This document shows positions 9,881 through 19,100 of a stretch of 64,000 nt of DNA, piece by piece (within the stretch, counting starts at the first letter, position 1; each line of letters begins with the position of its first letter). The translations under genes and the position numbers were made by a program. The notes beneath the pieces are model-generated. The model saw nothing but the letters and a program-made list of their open reading frames with translations, was not told where the DNA came from and did no database searches. This DNA is from Patescibacteria group bacterium (GTDB lineage: Bacteria; Patescibacteriota; Patescibacteriia; UBA9934; GWF2-40-263), in contig JBAZTR010000001.1 in assembly GCA_041661745.1 (NCBI GenBank), positions 79,740 through 143,739 on the forward strand. The letters run 5' to 3'.

Positions 9881-11674
9881 ATGAGGAAATTTAATAGGGC
9901 TTCAATGATAGCATTGGTTGCCGCTTTTTTGTTTAGCTTCGTTGGGCCAGTAACGGTACAAGCTGCCACTGCGCCAGACCTTGGTGCGGCTGAAAGTTAC
10001 GCAGTTTTCGGTAAAGCCGGCGTAACTAACGACTCAGCCGTCGGAACAACCCATATTTGGGGGAATGTTGGCGCCGATGCCACCAATGTTACCTTTCTCG
10101 ATGACGCGACACAGGTGGATGGAGTAATAGATAGTGGAGTCGGGGTTGAAGCGGCCATTTTGTCGGCCTATGGTGAACTGGCAGGCGAGGGAGTTACCGG
10201 AGCTCTTGACCTGGCTGGGAACAATACGGTCACCCCAGGCGTTTACACCGTGGGAGCAACCAACCTAGATGGTACTCTTACACTTAACGGTGAAGGTGTT
10301 TACATCTTTCGAAGTTCGTCCAGTATTTCAACTTCCGGACCGGCACAAGTCGTTTTAACCAACGGTGCTTCGGCTTGTGATGTGTATTGGCAGATTCCTA
10401 CAGCCATGACTATTGGGACTGGCACAGTTATGGTGGGAACTATCATAACAAATACGGCCGAAATCACTCTCGCCACTGGCGCAAGCTTGAATGGTCGAGC
10501 TTTGTCTCGCAACACCCAAGTGACTTTGGACAGTAACTCGATTACTGAACCAGTTTGCACGGCGGCAGTGTCGGGGGGCGGTTCTAACCAATACACCGCC
10601 ACAATCAATGTCGTCAAAACCGTTATTAATGACAACGGCGGCACAAAGACCGTTGCTGATTTTCCGTTGTTTATTAACCAAGCTCCGGTCGACTCCGGTG
10701 TGACCAATAATTTTTATTTCTTTTTTCCAGGTTCGTATACCATGAGTGAAACAAGCGATCCTGGCTATACTCAATCCTTTTCTGGCGACTGCGGCAGTGA
10801 TGGTCAATTATACTTATATTCAAACGAAAATAAGTTTTGTATTATAACCAACAACGATATTGGCGCCCCGGTCGTGGCCCCGCCAGTACCACCTCTTATT
10901 GATGTGGTTAAGGTACCAAGTCCGCTAGTTTTACCAGACGGACCAGATACCGTGAACTACACTTATACCTTACGGAACGTCGGCACTGTTCCGGTGACTG
11001 ATATAACCATGGTTGGCGACACTTGTTATCCTATTGCTCTTACTTCAGGCGATACTAATGCCGATGGAAAACTCGATTTGACCGAAACCTGGGTGTACAA
11101 CTGTGCCAAAATTATTTCTGAAACCCACACCAATACCGTGGTGGCAACCGGCTGGGCCAACGGTCTTTCGGCCACTGATATTGCTAGTGCGACTGTAGTT
11201 GTTAATGATGAAATTGTTCCACCATTAATCCACGTGACCAAAGTTCCAAGTCCGTTAACTCTGTTAGCTGGGGGCGGCACGGTTACTTATACTGAAAGAA
11301 TTACCAATCCTGGAACTGTCGCTCTAAGTAATGTTCACCTTACGGATGATAAATGTAGTCCAATGGCCTATGTTTCCGGAGACGTTAACGGCGACTCTTT
11401 ACTTCAAACAACCGAAACCTGGACTTATACCTGTCAAACGAATTTGACTCAATCAACAACCAACACTGCCTCAGCTACGGGTGAAGCCAATGGCGTGACC
11501 GTACGTGATCTTGCTTTGGCTACGGTTACCGTGGCCGCGGCTGTTCCAGCTTTGCCTAATACCGGTCTTACTCCTGAAAAAGAAGTATCTTCATGGAATA
11601 TTGGCTTGTTGGCCGGCCTTATTACCCTAGCTTCTGTGTTACTTATAGCAGGACTAAAAAAACGTTTTAATTAG
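9881..11674 (+). CDS. sortase-anchored cell-surface protein: N-terminal ice-binding-like (DUF3494-type) domain, DUF11-type repeats, C-terminal LPNTG sorting signal
   Basis: Signal peptide. LGAAESYAVFGKAG...THIWGNVGA ice-binding-like motif. Repeated VVKVPSPL...NVGTVPVTD...TETW units. LPNTG followed by a TM helix and a KKRFN tail. Confidence 0.7.
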   Translation: MRKFNRASMIALVAAFLFSFVGPVTVQAATAPDLGAAESYAVFGKAGVTNDSAVGTTHIWGNVGADATNVTFLDDATQVDGVIDSGVGVEAAILSAYGELAGEGVTGALDLAGNNTVTPGVYTVGATNLDGTLTLNGEGVYIFRSSSSISTSGPAQVVLTNGASACDVYWQIPTAMTIGTGTVMVGTIITNTAEITLATGASLNGRALSRNTQVTLDSNSITEPVCTAAVSGGGSNQYTATINVVKTVINDNGGTKTVADFPLFINQAPVDSGVTNNFYFFFPGSYTMSETSDPGYTQSFSGDCGSDGQLYLYSNENKFCIITNNDIGAPVVAPPVPPLIDVVKVPSPLVLPDGPDTVNYTYTLRNVGTVPVTDITMVGDTCYPIALTSGDTNADGKLDLTETWVYNCAKIISETHTNTVVATGWANGLSATDIASATVVVNDEIVPPLIHVTKVPSPLTLLAGGGTVTYTERITNPGTVALSNVHLTDDKCSPMAYVSGDVNGDSLLQTTETWTYTCQTNLTQSTTNTASATGEANGVTVRDLALATVTVAAAVPALPNTGLTPEKEVSSWNIGLLAGLITLASVLLIAGLKKRFN

Positions 11675-11699
11675 TCAGGGTCCTCTGATTAGTAAAGAC

Positions 11700-11730
11700 C
11701 CCGCCAGAGCGGGGTCTTTACATTATGGAG
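11700..11730 (+). terminator. rho-independent terminator
   Basis: agaccccgc-caga-gcggggtct hairpin followed by a T-run. Confidence 0.55.
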
Positions 11731-11743
11731 GTTTTGGCAATCT

Positions 11744-12409
11744 ATGCAATTAAGTAATTTATTTAAATTGTCGTTGTTTCTTACTATTATTGTGGGAATT
11801 GTCTTTTTTTTAGTAATTACTTTTTTTCTGCCGCCTAATCCATCTAGCCAAGATTCTGTCGCGAATTCGGTCGTGTCTGTCAATGACCAAGTTTCGCAAA
11901 TCACGGCTGTCAATGGGCCAACCAAAGATATCCAAGCCGCTGTTTTTACTGAACAGTCTGAACCACTTATTTTTTTCCATCTAAGTATTCCCAAAATCGG
12001 AGTCGCGACAGCCGTTGAATCTGTCGGTCTTACCCCCCAAGGTGCCGTGGACGTGCCAAGAGATCCGGCTAACGCCGCTTGGTTTAATCTTGGACCACGG
12101 CCAGGAGAAAGTGGCAGTGCAGTTATTACCGGCCATTACGGTCGCTGGAAAAACGGGGAAGGTTCGGTTTTTGATGACTTAAATAAACTAAGTCAAGGTG
12201 ATAATATATATATTGAGGATGAAAAAGGGGAAACAACAACTTTTGTAGTGCGTGAAAGTCGAAAGTACGATCCGACTGCAGATGCCCCGGAAATATTTAG
12301 TTCAAGTGATAGCAAGGTTCACCTCAATTTAATTACTTGCGAAGGTACATGGAATAACGAAGCTCAGCAGTATTCTGAGCGGTTGGTAGTTTTTGCCGAC
12401 AAAGAATAG
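11744..12409 (+). CDS. sortase (transpeptidase)
   Basis: N-terminal TM anchor, the active-site His context (VITGHYG) and the TLxTC motif (LITCEG). Sits between two LPXTG substrates. Confidence 0.8.
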   Translation: MQLSNLFKLSLFLTIIVGIVFFLVITFFLPPNPSSQDSVANSVVSVNDQVSQITAVNGPTKDIQAAVFTEQSEPLIFFHLSIPKIGVATAVESVGLTPQGAVDVPRDPANAAWFNLGPRPGESGSAVITGHYGRWKNGEGSVFDDLNKLSQGDNIYIEDEKGETTTFVVRESRKYDPTADAPEIFSSSDSKVHLNLITCEGTWNNEAQQYSERLVVFADKE

Positions 12410-12417
12410 TATCAAAT

Positions 12418-14931
12418 ATGCCAAATCAAAAAGTTAAAATATTTAATAAATTTTTAGTAACAATTGTTTTAGCGGCGGTTTTTACTTTTGGTTTTGTCGG
12501 AACTATCGGAGCCGAGACTGTAATAGATTTTGGCTCGGCCGATAGTTTTGCTGTTCTGGCCGGCTCGGGGATTGAAAATACCGGCTTGACCACAATCAAC
12601 GGCGATGTCGGATCGTTCCCAACCCTTACCCAGAACGGTTTTGGTTCCGTTACTTTGAATGGAACAAACCATTTTGGTGATGTGGTTACGCAAGGGGCTA
12701 AAACCGATTTAACGGCCGCCTATATCGATGCCGCTGGTCGAGGGCCAACCACACCCATTGCCGCCGATCTTGGTGGACAGACCCTGCCTCCCGGTATTTA
12801 TAAAGATAATGGTGCTCCAGCGTCTCTTTCGAATTCCGGAACATTAACCCTCGATGGCGGCGGTGATGCTAACGCTATTTTTATTTTTCAATCGGCCACC
12901 ACTCTTACCACAGCCTCCGCCAGTGTGGTCGAACTAATCAATGGAGCTAAGGCTGAAAATGTTTTTTGGCAGGTTGGCAGTTCGGCCACTCTTGGGGCTA
13001 ACTCGACCTTCAAAGGAAATATAATAGCCTTAACATCTATTACTCTTATAACCGGAGCCGAGGTGGAGGGTCGAATGCTGGCGCGAAACGGCGCGGTTAC
13101 TTTAGATGCTAATGTCATTACTGTTCCCTTTGACACCACTCCTCCAGTCGCTATCTCCGACTTAGCCCTTTCCGGGGCCACCACTTCTTCTATTGTTCTC
13201 ACCTGGACGGCGCCTGGTGATGATGTTGGTGTTGGTACGGCCGCCCTTTATGATATTCGTTATTCCACTTCACCGATTGTTACGCCAGCTGACTTTACTG
13301 GTGCAGCTCTAGTTTCCGGTGAGCCGGTTCCCACAGCTGCTGGAACTTCTCAGACTAAGACCGTCTCCGGTCTTTCCGCCAACACTCTTTACTACTTCGC
13401 CATGAAGACGCAAGACGAAGTTCCGAATGTCTCAGATGTTTCTAATATTCCATCGTTGTCGACAGCGGCCATGCCTGACATTATTCCCCCAGTTGATATC
13501 TCCGATCTAGCTCTCTCAGGCGCCACCACTTCTTCCATTGTTCTCACCTGGACGGCGCCTGGTGATGATGTTGATGTTGGTACAGCCGCGCTTTACGATA
13601 TTCGTTATTCCACTTCACCGATTGTTACGCCAGCTGACTTCACTGGCGCAGCTTTGGTTTCCGGTGAACCGGTTCCCACAGCGGCTGGGACTTCTCAGAC
13701 TAAGACTGTCTCCGGACTTTCCGCCAACACTCTTTACTACTTCGCCATGAAGACACAAGACGAAGTGCCGAATGTTTCAGATGTTTCTAATATTCCATCG
13801 TTGTCAACGGTAGCGCTTAATCCGGAGGGAATGAGTCAATTAACGGGCACAATCAATGTTGTTAAAACCGTTATCAACGACAATGGAGGTATTAAGACTG
13901 TTGCCGACTTTCCATTGTTTATAAATGAGGTGCCGGTCGATTCCGGTGTAACCAATCACCTTTATTTTTATTCTTCAGGTTTATATACCATGAGCGAAAC
14001 CACCGATCCTGGATATACTCAAACCTTTTCCGGCGACTGCGGTAGTAGTGGTCAATTATATTTGTATTCAAGCGACAAGAAGTTTTGTATTATCACCAAC
14101 GATGATATTGGTGTTCCGGTCGTGGCTCCACCCGTGCCACCCCTTATTGATGTGGTTAAGGTGCCAAGCCCTTTGGCTTTGCCTGATGGTCCCGGTTTGG
14201 TGACTTACACTTATACCTTGCGCAATGTCGGAACCGTGCCAGTAACTGACATAACCATGGTTGTTGACACCTGTTCTCCCATTGTCCTTGATTCCGGTGA
14301 TATTAACGGTGATGCCAAACTCGACCTGACCGAAACTTGGGTGTACAAATGTGCCAAAATTATTTCAGAAACCCACACCAATATCGTAGTGGTTACCGGC
14401 TGGGCCAACGGTCTTTCGGCTACTGACATTGCCAGTGCCACTGTGGTTGTTGGTGATTCAATTATTCCGCCTTTAATTCACGTGACTAAAGTTCCGAGCC
14501 CATTAACATTGCTAGCCGGGGGCGGATCCGTTACTTATACCGAAACAATCACAAATCCGGGCACGGTTGCTTTAAATAATGTCGCCCTGGCAGATGATAA
14601 ATGCAGTCCAATGAAATTTATTTCCGGCGATACTAACAATGATTCAAAACTTGATGTCGATGAAGCATGGAAATTTACTTGTCAGACCAATTTAACTAAA
14701 ACTACGACAAACACCGCCACGGCCAGTGGCGAAGCTAATGGTCTTACAATTAGAGATTTTGCTCTCACCACCGTTGTCGTGGCGGCGGTTGCTCCGGTTT
14801 TGCCCAGCACCGGCCTGGCGCCGGAAAGGGAAGTGACTTCACGGGATTTAATCACGTTGGCCGGTCTTCTTATCCTGGTTACTACTCTTTTTGCAGTGAG
14901 ATTAAAACACACGAGTAAATTAGGACGATAA
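12418..14931 (+). CDS. sortase-anchored cell-surface protein: ice-binding-like (DUF3494-type) domain, two tandem FN3 domains, DUF11-type repeats, LPSTG sorting signal
   Basis: Signal peptide. FAVLAGSGIENTGLTTINGDVG motif. Two near-identical FN3 repeats of about 116 aa. The C-terminal half is paralogous to the 9881 gene. LPSTG followed by a TM helix and a basic tail. Confidence 0.7.
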   Translation: MPNQKVKIFNKFLVTIVLAAVFTFGFVGTIGAETVIDFGSADSFAVLAGSGIENTGLTTINGDVGSFPTLTQNGFGSVTLNGTNHFGDVVTQGAKTDLTAAYIDAAGRGPTTPIAADLGGQTLPPGIYKDNGAPASLSNSGTLTLDGGGDANAIFIFQSATTLTTASASVVELINGAKAENVFWQVGSSATLGANSTFKGNIIALTSITLITGAEVEGRMLARNGAVTLDANVITVPFDTTPPVAISDLALSGATTSSIVLTWTAPGDDVGVGTAALYDIRYSTSPIVTPADFTGAALVSGEPVPTAAGTSQTKTVSGLSANTLYYFAMKTQDEVPNVSDVSNIPSLSTAAMPDIIPPVDISDLALSGATTSSIVLTWTAPGDDVDVGTAALYDIRYSTSPIVTPADFTGAALVSGEPVPTAAGTSQTKTVSGLSANTLYYFAMKTQDEVPNVSDVSNIPSLSTVALNPEGMSQLTGTINVVKTVINDNGGIKTVADFPLFINEVPVDSGVTNHLYFYSSGLYTMSETTDPGYTQTFSGDCGSSGQLYLYSSDKKFCIITNDDIGVPVVAPPVPPLIDVVKVPSPLALPDGPGLVTYTYTLRNVGTVPVTDITMVVDTCSPIVLDSGDINGDAKLDLTETWVYKCAKIISETHTNIVVVTGWANGLSATDIASATVVVGDSIIPPLIHVTKVPSPLTLLAGGGSVTYTETITNPGTVALNNVALADDKCSPMKFISGDTNNDSKLDVDEAWKFTCQTNLTKTTTNTATASGEANGLTIRDFALTTVVVAAVAPVLPSTGLAPEREVTSRDLITLAGLLILVTTLFAVRLKHTSKLGR
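13141..13836 (+). repeat. near-perfect tandem duplication (2 x ~348 bp) encoding FN3-like domains
   Basis: Unit 13141-13488 is repeated at 13489-13836 with only a few substitutions. Confidence 0.8.
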
Positions 14932-15870
14932 AATTAGAATTTTTTGTAGGTCCTCCATTGTCTTCAGTGTACTAATCGTGCGTCGCAACTCAGCCACCCC
15001 TGGCAAGCCGCGGAAATACCAAACCAAATGTTTGCGAAAACCGACAAGGTTGCTTTGGCCGCTGTGTTTTAAATATAATTCAGCATGACGAAGAATAACT
15101 CTGGTCCGTTCGGCCGGAGTTATTATTTTTGCCTCACGACCGGCCAGGGTGTCCTCAATGTTTCGAAAGATCCACGGGTTACCCAAAGCTCCTCGACCGA
15201 TAAGAATGCCGTCAACGCCGGTTTTAAGGGCCCGCAGGGCTTCGGCGGCCGTGGTAATGTCACCATTACCTAGAACAGGAATGGAAACAGCTTTTTTAAC
15301 GCGAGCAATCATTTCCCAATCAGCTTTGCCGGAATATTCCTGCTTTTTTGTTCGTCCATGAACAGAAATTAAATCAGCCCCGGCTTTTTCAACAATCGGA
15401 GCAAAAGTTAATATCTCGTCGGGCTTACTCCAACCCAAACGCATCTTAACCGAAACCGGCGTCTTAACCGCGGCTTTAACGGCGCGAACAATGGCCGCGG
15501 CTTTTTCCGGATCTTTCATTAAAGCCGAGCCGTTGAAATTAGAAATAATCTTTTTGGCCGGACAGCCCATGTTAATATCGATGCCATCCGGATGATATTT
15601 TTCTTCAATAAGTTTCGCCGCCCGAGCCATGACTTCAGGATTGCCGCCAAAAATTTGTTGAACAAGCGGTCGCTCGCCCTCATTTATTTTGGCCATCTGA
15701 CCGGTCTTCTCATTGCCGCGGACAATTGCCTCGGCCGAAACCATTTCGCGAAAAACCACGGTCGAGGGCGCGAGCTCCTTAACCAAAAGACAAAACGCCG
15801 CGTCTGTGTGATCAGCCATGGGCGAGAGGGCAATGATGGGGGTTTTGGCATTATTCCAAGTGACTTTCAT
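14920..15870 (-). CDS. dus: tRNA-dihydrouridine synthase
   Basis: Dus family TIM-barrel motifs (LSPMADHTD, INMGCPAKK, SVHGRT). Confidence 0.8.
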   Translation of the reverse strand: MKVTWNNAKTPIIALSPMADHTDAAFCLLVKELAPSTVVFREMVSAEAIVRGNEKTGQMAKINEGERPLVQQIFGGNPEVMARAAKLIEEKYHPDGIDINMGCPAKKIISNFNGSALMKDPEKAAAIVRAVKAAVKTPVSVKMRLGWSKPDEILTFAPIVEKAGADLISVHGRTKKQEYSGKADWEMIARVKKAVSIPVLGNGDITTAAEALRALKTGVDGILIGRGALGNPWIFRNIEDTLAGREAKIITPAERTRVILRHAELYLKHSGQSNLVGFRKHLVWYFRGLPGVAELRRTISTLKTMEDLQKILILSS

Positions 15871-16158
15871 GTACCAGAATAGTAGTTGAAAATTTAAAAT
15901 TTTTCAATCATAAGACCGCCTTATGCCAAACGAACAAGAAATTTTTCCACAGATCATGGTTGACCCTCTCGACAAGCTCGGGGTCAACCCTGAGGCCTCT
16001 CGAAGGGGTTGACAAGAAGTAAAATTTATGATGGAATAAAAATAACCTGGTGAGGTTCTATTAAGAACCTAACTCTTGGTGTCAACATAACAGCTCCCCT
16101 ACAGATGCGTAATTGCATTTTTTGGGAGTTGTTTTGTTTTATCAAAACGTCGGTCAAC

Positions 16159-16231
16159 GGGCTCGTGGAGGTAATGGCAACCTCACTAGGTTTGACACCA
16201 AGAGACGCGGGTCCGATTCCCGCCGAGTCCA
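16159..16231 (+). ncRNA. tRNA-like element (possible pseudo-tRNA; anticodon-loop triplet UGA)
   Basis: 73 nt fold into a cloverleaf. Acceptor GGGCTCG/CGAGTCC, D-stem GAGG/CCTC with a GG loop, a perfect T-arm GCGGG-TCCGATT-CCCGC. The anticodon stem has an A-A mismatch, position 55 is C and position 37 is C. Confidence 0.3.
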
Positions 16232-16361
16232 GAAAAATAAACCGACGCCAAGCAATCCTGCTCGAAAGGGCGGGATTTGCTTTGTTTATGCGAGGAACGT
16301 GGTATATAATTGATGTTGGAGAGATTAAATCAATATTGCTAATACTAATTATTAAAATTTT

Positions 16362-16859
16362 ATGAGAGAAGGACAGCTTGACCCTTCCGAACAAGCGAAT
16401 AATATAGAAGGGTCGCCCGAAGGTGCGGCCGAACAAAAAGAGTCGGAGAGAATAATTAAAACAGCAGGAGTTTTAGTTTTTAAAGATAACAAAGTACTTT
16501 TGGTCTGTCACGGAAAAAAAGCTGGTCACATTGATGGCACATATGGTATTCCGGCGGGAAGACTTGAAGATGGAGAATTATCGATTGAAACAGCCGTAAG
16601 AGAGCTGCTCGAAGAGTCAGGTTTAGAAACTACAGTAGAAGATCTTGAAAAAATACCTGGGACTTATACAGCATCAATTAAAAGAAAAGGTGGAACAAGA
16701 AATTTTTCTTTAGAAACTTTTCGGTGTAAAAATTGGAGTGGCGAGCTGTGTGCTAGCGACGAGACAGTTCCTGAATGGGTTGATATAGATAGTTTAGATA
16801 AACTAGACCTCCTGCCAAATGTAAAAAGAATGATTTCTGATGCCATGACTTTAAAGTAA
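16362..16859 (+). CDS. NUDIX hydrolase
   Basis: Nudix box GIPAGRLEDGELSIETAVRELLEESGL. Carries a 30-aa N-terminal leader shared with the gene at 19707. Confidence 0.8.
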   Translation: MREGQLDPSEQANNIEGSPEGAAEQKESERIIKTAGVLVFKDNKVLLVCHGKKAGHIDGTYGIPAGRLEDGELSIETAVRELLEESGLETTVEDLEKIPGTYTASIKRKGGTRNFSLETFRCKNWSGELCASDETVPEWVDIDSLDKLDLLPNVKRMISDAMTLK

Positions 16860-16918
16860 AACAGCGTCTAACTATCGATATTTGGTTCCACATTGGTAAT
16901 ATTAATTATCAAAATTAT

Positions 16919-17326
16919 ATGAAAAAAATCCTTTTGTCCGGCCTTGTTGCCGGCATCGTTATGTTGGTTATTGCCGTGGCTCTAAGTTTTGCATGGCAAT
17001 TTATTTTTCCGTCCGTAGCGCTTGAATACGCCACGCCGTTGTTCCGCCCATGGTCCGATCCACTCATGTCGCTTATATTCGTTTGTCCATTACTCACTGG
17101 TTTTTTTCTGGCCTGGATTTGGAGTATGGTCAAGGGTTGTCACCAAGGTTCGGCTAGCAAAAAAGTTCTTTTGTTTGCCACTGGCTGGACGATTTTTTCC
17201 TTCCTGGGCATTTTTATGACTTACAGTTGTTTTCAAATGTCGTTTCTAATGATGTTAACCTGGGTTCTCAGCTCGGCCACACAATATTATTTTGGGACGT
17301 GGGTTTTGATTAAAATGAATAAGTAA
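16919..17326 (+). CDS. hypothetical membrane protein
   Basis: Four predicted TM helices. Confidence 0.45.
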   Translation: MKKILLSGLVAGIVMLVIAVALSFAWQFIFPSVALEYATPLFRPWSDPLMSLIFVCPLLTGFFLAWIWSMVKGCHQGSASKKVLLFATGWTIFSFLGIFMTYSCFQMSFLMMLTWVLSSATQYYFGTWVLIKMNK

Positions 17327-17401
17327 TTTTTCCACAATTTATTTCAAGGGTCGAAATAAATTTATATAATTCAATTAGTTTAATAAACTAGCCATATTAT
17401 T

Positions 17402-17734
17402 ATGCAAGAAAAATTCTCAAGTGCTACTCCACCACAAGAGAGCCGAGAAATTAAAATAGAGCAATTCGAATCTGCAATAAGAAAATTTTTTAGGGAACAG
17501 TGGCCAGATGACCCTAAATCAAAAAGAATTAATTATGGGCTTGGATTTGACATCAGTGATCCCAAAAGTGCTGATATGAGACGTGTGCAATCAGGTGATT
17601 TTGAGATAACTCATTTCCAAAAATTACCCACGTCTGACCCTAAAAAACCAAGCCTTCATTTCTACGTAGGTGGCACAGAATTTCATATCAGTGGTAAGGC
17701 AGCTGATAGAATTTATGAGCTTATGAAAGAATAA
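17402..17734 (+). CDS. hypothetical protein
   Basis: 110-aa ORF with a good start context. Confidence 0.4.
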   Translation: MQEKFSSATPPQESREIKIEQFESAIRKFFREQWPDDPKSKRINYGLGFDISDPKSADMRRVQSGDFEITHFQKLPTSDPKKPSLHFYVGGTEFHISGKAADRIYELMKE

Positions 17735-17862
17735 TAAATTGAAAAAAATACATTAAGAAAAAGAAATTTCTGTGTTTTGATGAAGGTTTGGGCGGAGTTC
17801 CGTTAAAAAGCGTGCGTCTGATAATTAAAATTTGTTCCGCATTAGTTTATATCATTTTTTTT

Positions 17863-18357
17863 ATGTCCGACTACAAATCAACAACAGACAAAGGTGAATG
17901 CGTTTTTTGTAAAATTATTAGCGGTGAAATAAAAACGCCTGGGATTTTTTGGGAGGACGAAGAGTTTATAGCCTTTTTATCAACTTGGCCAAGCGTAGAA
18001 GGATTTACCGTTGTAGCTCCCAAAAAACATTATGGTAGCGATTGTTTAGCAATGCCCGACGATGTTTTACAAAGATTTATTTTAGCGGCTAAAAAAGTTT
18101 CGAACGTTCTTTTGAACCATTTTGAAGATGTTGGCCGAGTTGGATTAATTATGGAAGGGACGGGGGTAGATCATGCCCACATTAAACTCATTCCAATGCA
18201 CGGAACAGGACACATGAAAAAAGGCATTTGGAAACAATATCTTAGCGAAAGATCTGATTATTTCGAAAAATATGAAGGATACATAATTTCAACGGATGGA
18301 CCAAAAGCCGATCCGGAAAAATTAAAAGATTTAGCAGAGAAATTAAAAAACGTTTAA
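17863..18357 (+). CDS. HIT (histidine triad)-family protein, variant triad
   Basis: ECVFCKII...FLSTWP...GFTVVAPKKH and then DHAHIKLIP, an HxHxK variant instead of HxHxH. The ORF track start at 17788 would add a TM-like extension. The ATG at 17863 is preferred. Confidence 0.6.
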   Translation: MSDYKSTTDKGECVFCKIISGEIKTPGIFWEDEEFIAFLSTWPSVEGFTVVAPKKHYGSDCLAMPDDVLQRFILAAKKVSNVLLNHFEDVGRVGLIMEGTGVDHAHIKLIPMHGTGHMKKGIWKQYLSERSDYFEKYEGYIISTDGPKADPEKLKDLAEKLKNV

Positions 18358-18380
18358 TTAAATATTCCTTTCGTTAAAAT

Positions 18381-19100
18381 ATGTCCCCCGAAAGAATGCA
18401 ACCAAACCCCGAAAAAGAGCCTAGTCCTTTCGATATCTCCCTACCGAGTTCGGAAGATTTAGAAACCATGCCCATTGAAAAATTACATGCAATCTGGAGG
18501 GAGAATCATGAGAAGATAAAGGAAATGCTGCGTAATTGTAATTCGCCATATTTTGGATTACACGGAACAAGTCAAGAGAATTTTAAAAAAATTGAAACAT
18601 CGCATAAAGGTGATGTTGAAATGGCAACTTTTTACGAAAAAGAATATAGCTCCGAACAATTTTTGTATAAACTTTATCACGCCGCCCTGTACGTCTCGGC
18701 ATATGCGACCAAAGAACAGCCTGGAAGAATTATCGTCTTTAATCTTGAAGAAGATGACAAAAATATGACCCTTCCTTGGGAACGTCTTAAATCAGGCAAT
18801 TCTCTTCATTTTGGACTGGACTGTGATTCGGCTAAAGAAAAAGAACGCCTTGCCGCTCTGCAAGAGCCATCGAAGGAAAATCCTCGCAGTCAAGATTTGT
18901 TATATAGAACCGATTTTATATTTCAAGACAAACGTTTTGACGAAAGATTTATGGGCTCGATCGACTTTAATACCGATGAGTTTAAACAGCTTTTTTTAAA
19001 ACTGGAAGATTTTGGACGTCGTATAATAAGATATAGATTTTTAGCTCAAAAAATTGTTGCCGAGACCCTTAGAATTGTTGCCGATTACCAAAAAATATGA
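18381..19100 (+). CDS. hypothetical protein
   Basis: 239-aa ORF with no recognised motif. Confidence 0.4.
   Translation: MSPERMQPNPEKEPSPFDISLPSSEDLETMPIEKLHAIWRENHEKIKEMLRNCNSPYFGLHGTSQENFKKIETSHKGDVEMATFYEKEYSSEQFLYKLYHAALYVSAYATKEQPGRIIVFNLEEDDKNMTLPWERLKSGNSLHFGLDCDSAKEKERLAALQEPSKENPRSQDLLYRTDFIFQDKRFDERFMGSIDFNTDEFKQLFLKLEDFGRRIIRYRFLAQKIVAETLRIVADYQKI

Noticed and set aside
16159-16231. tmRNA hypothesis for the tRNA-like element.
   Set aside because: The acceptor partner is local (tRNA-sized). I could find no resume codon or tag-peptide frame ending in AA-stop, and no distal GGGG 5' end.
16026-16436. Minus-strand ORFs at 16026-16436 and 19689-19886 that both encode PFYIIRLFGR.
   Set aside because: They are antisense translations of the conserved 30-nt block shared by the two plus-strand genes, not a real protein family.
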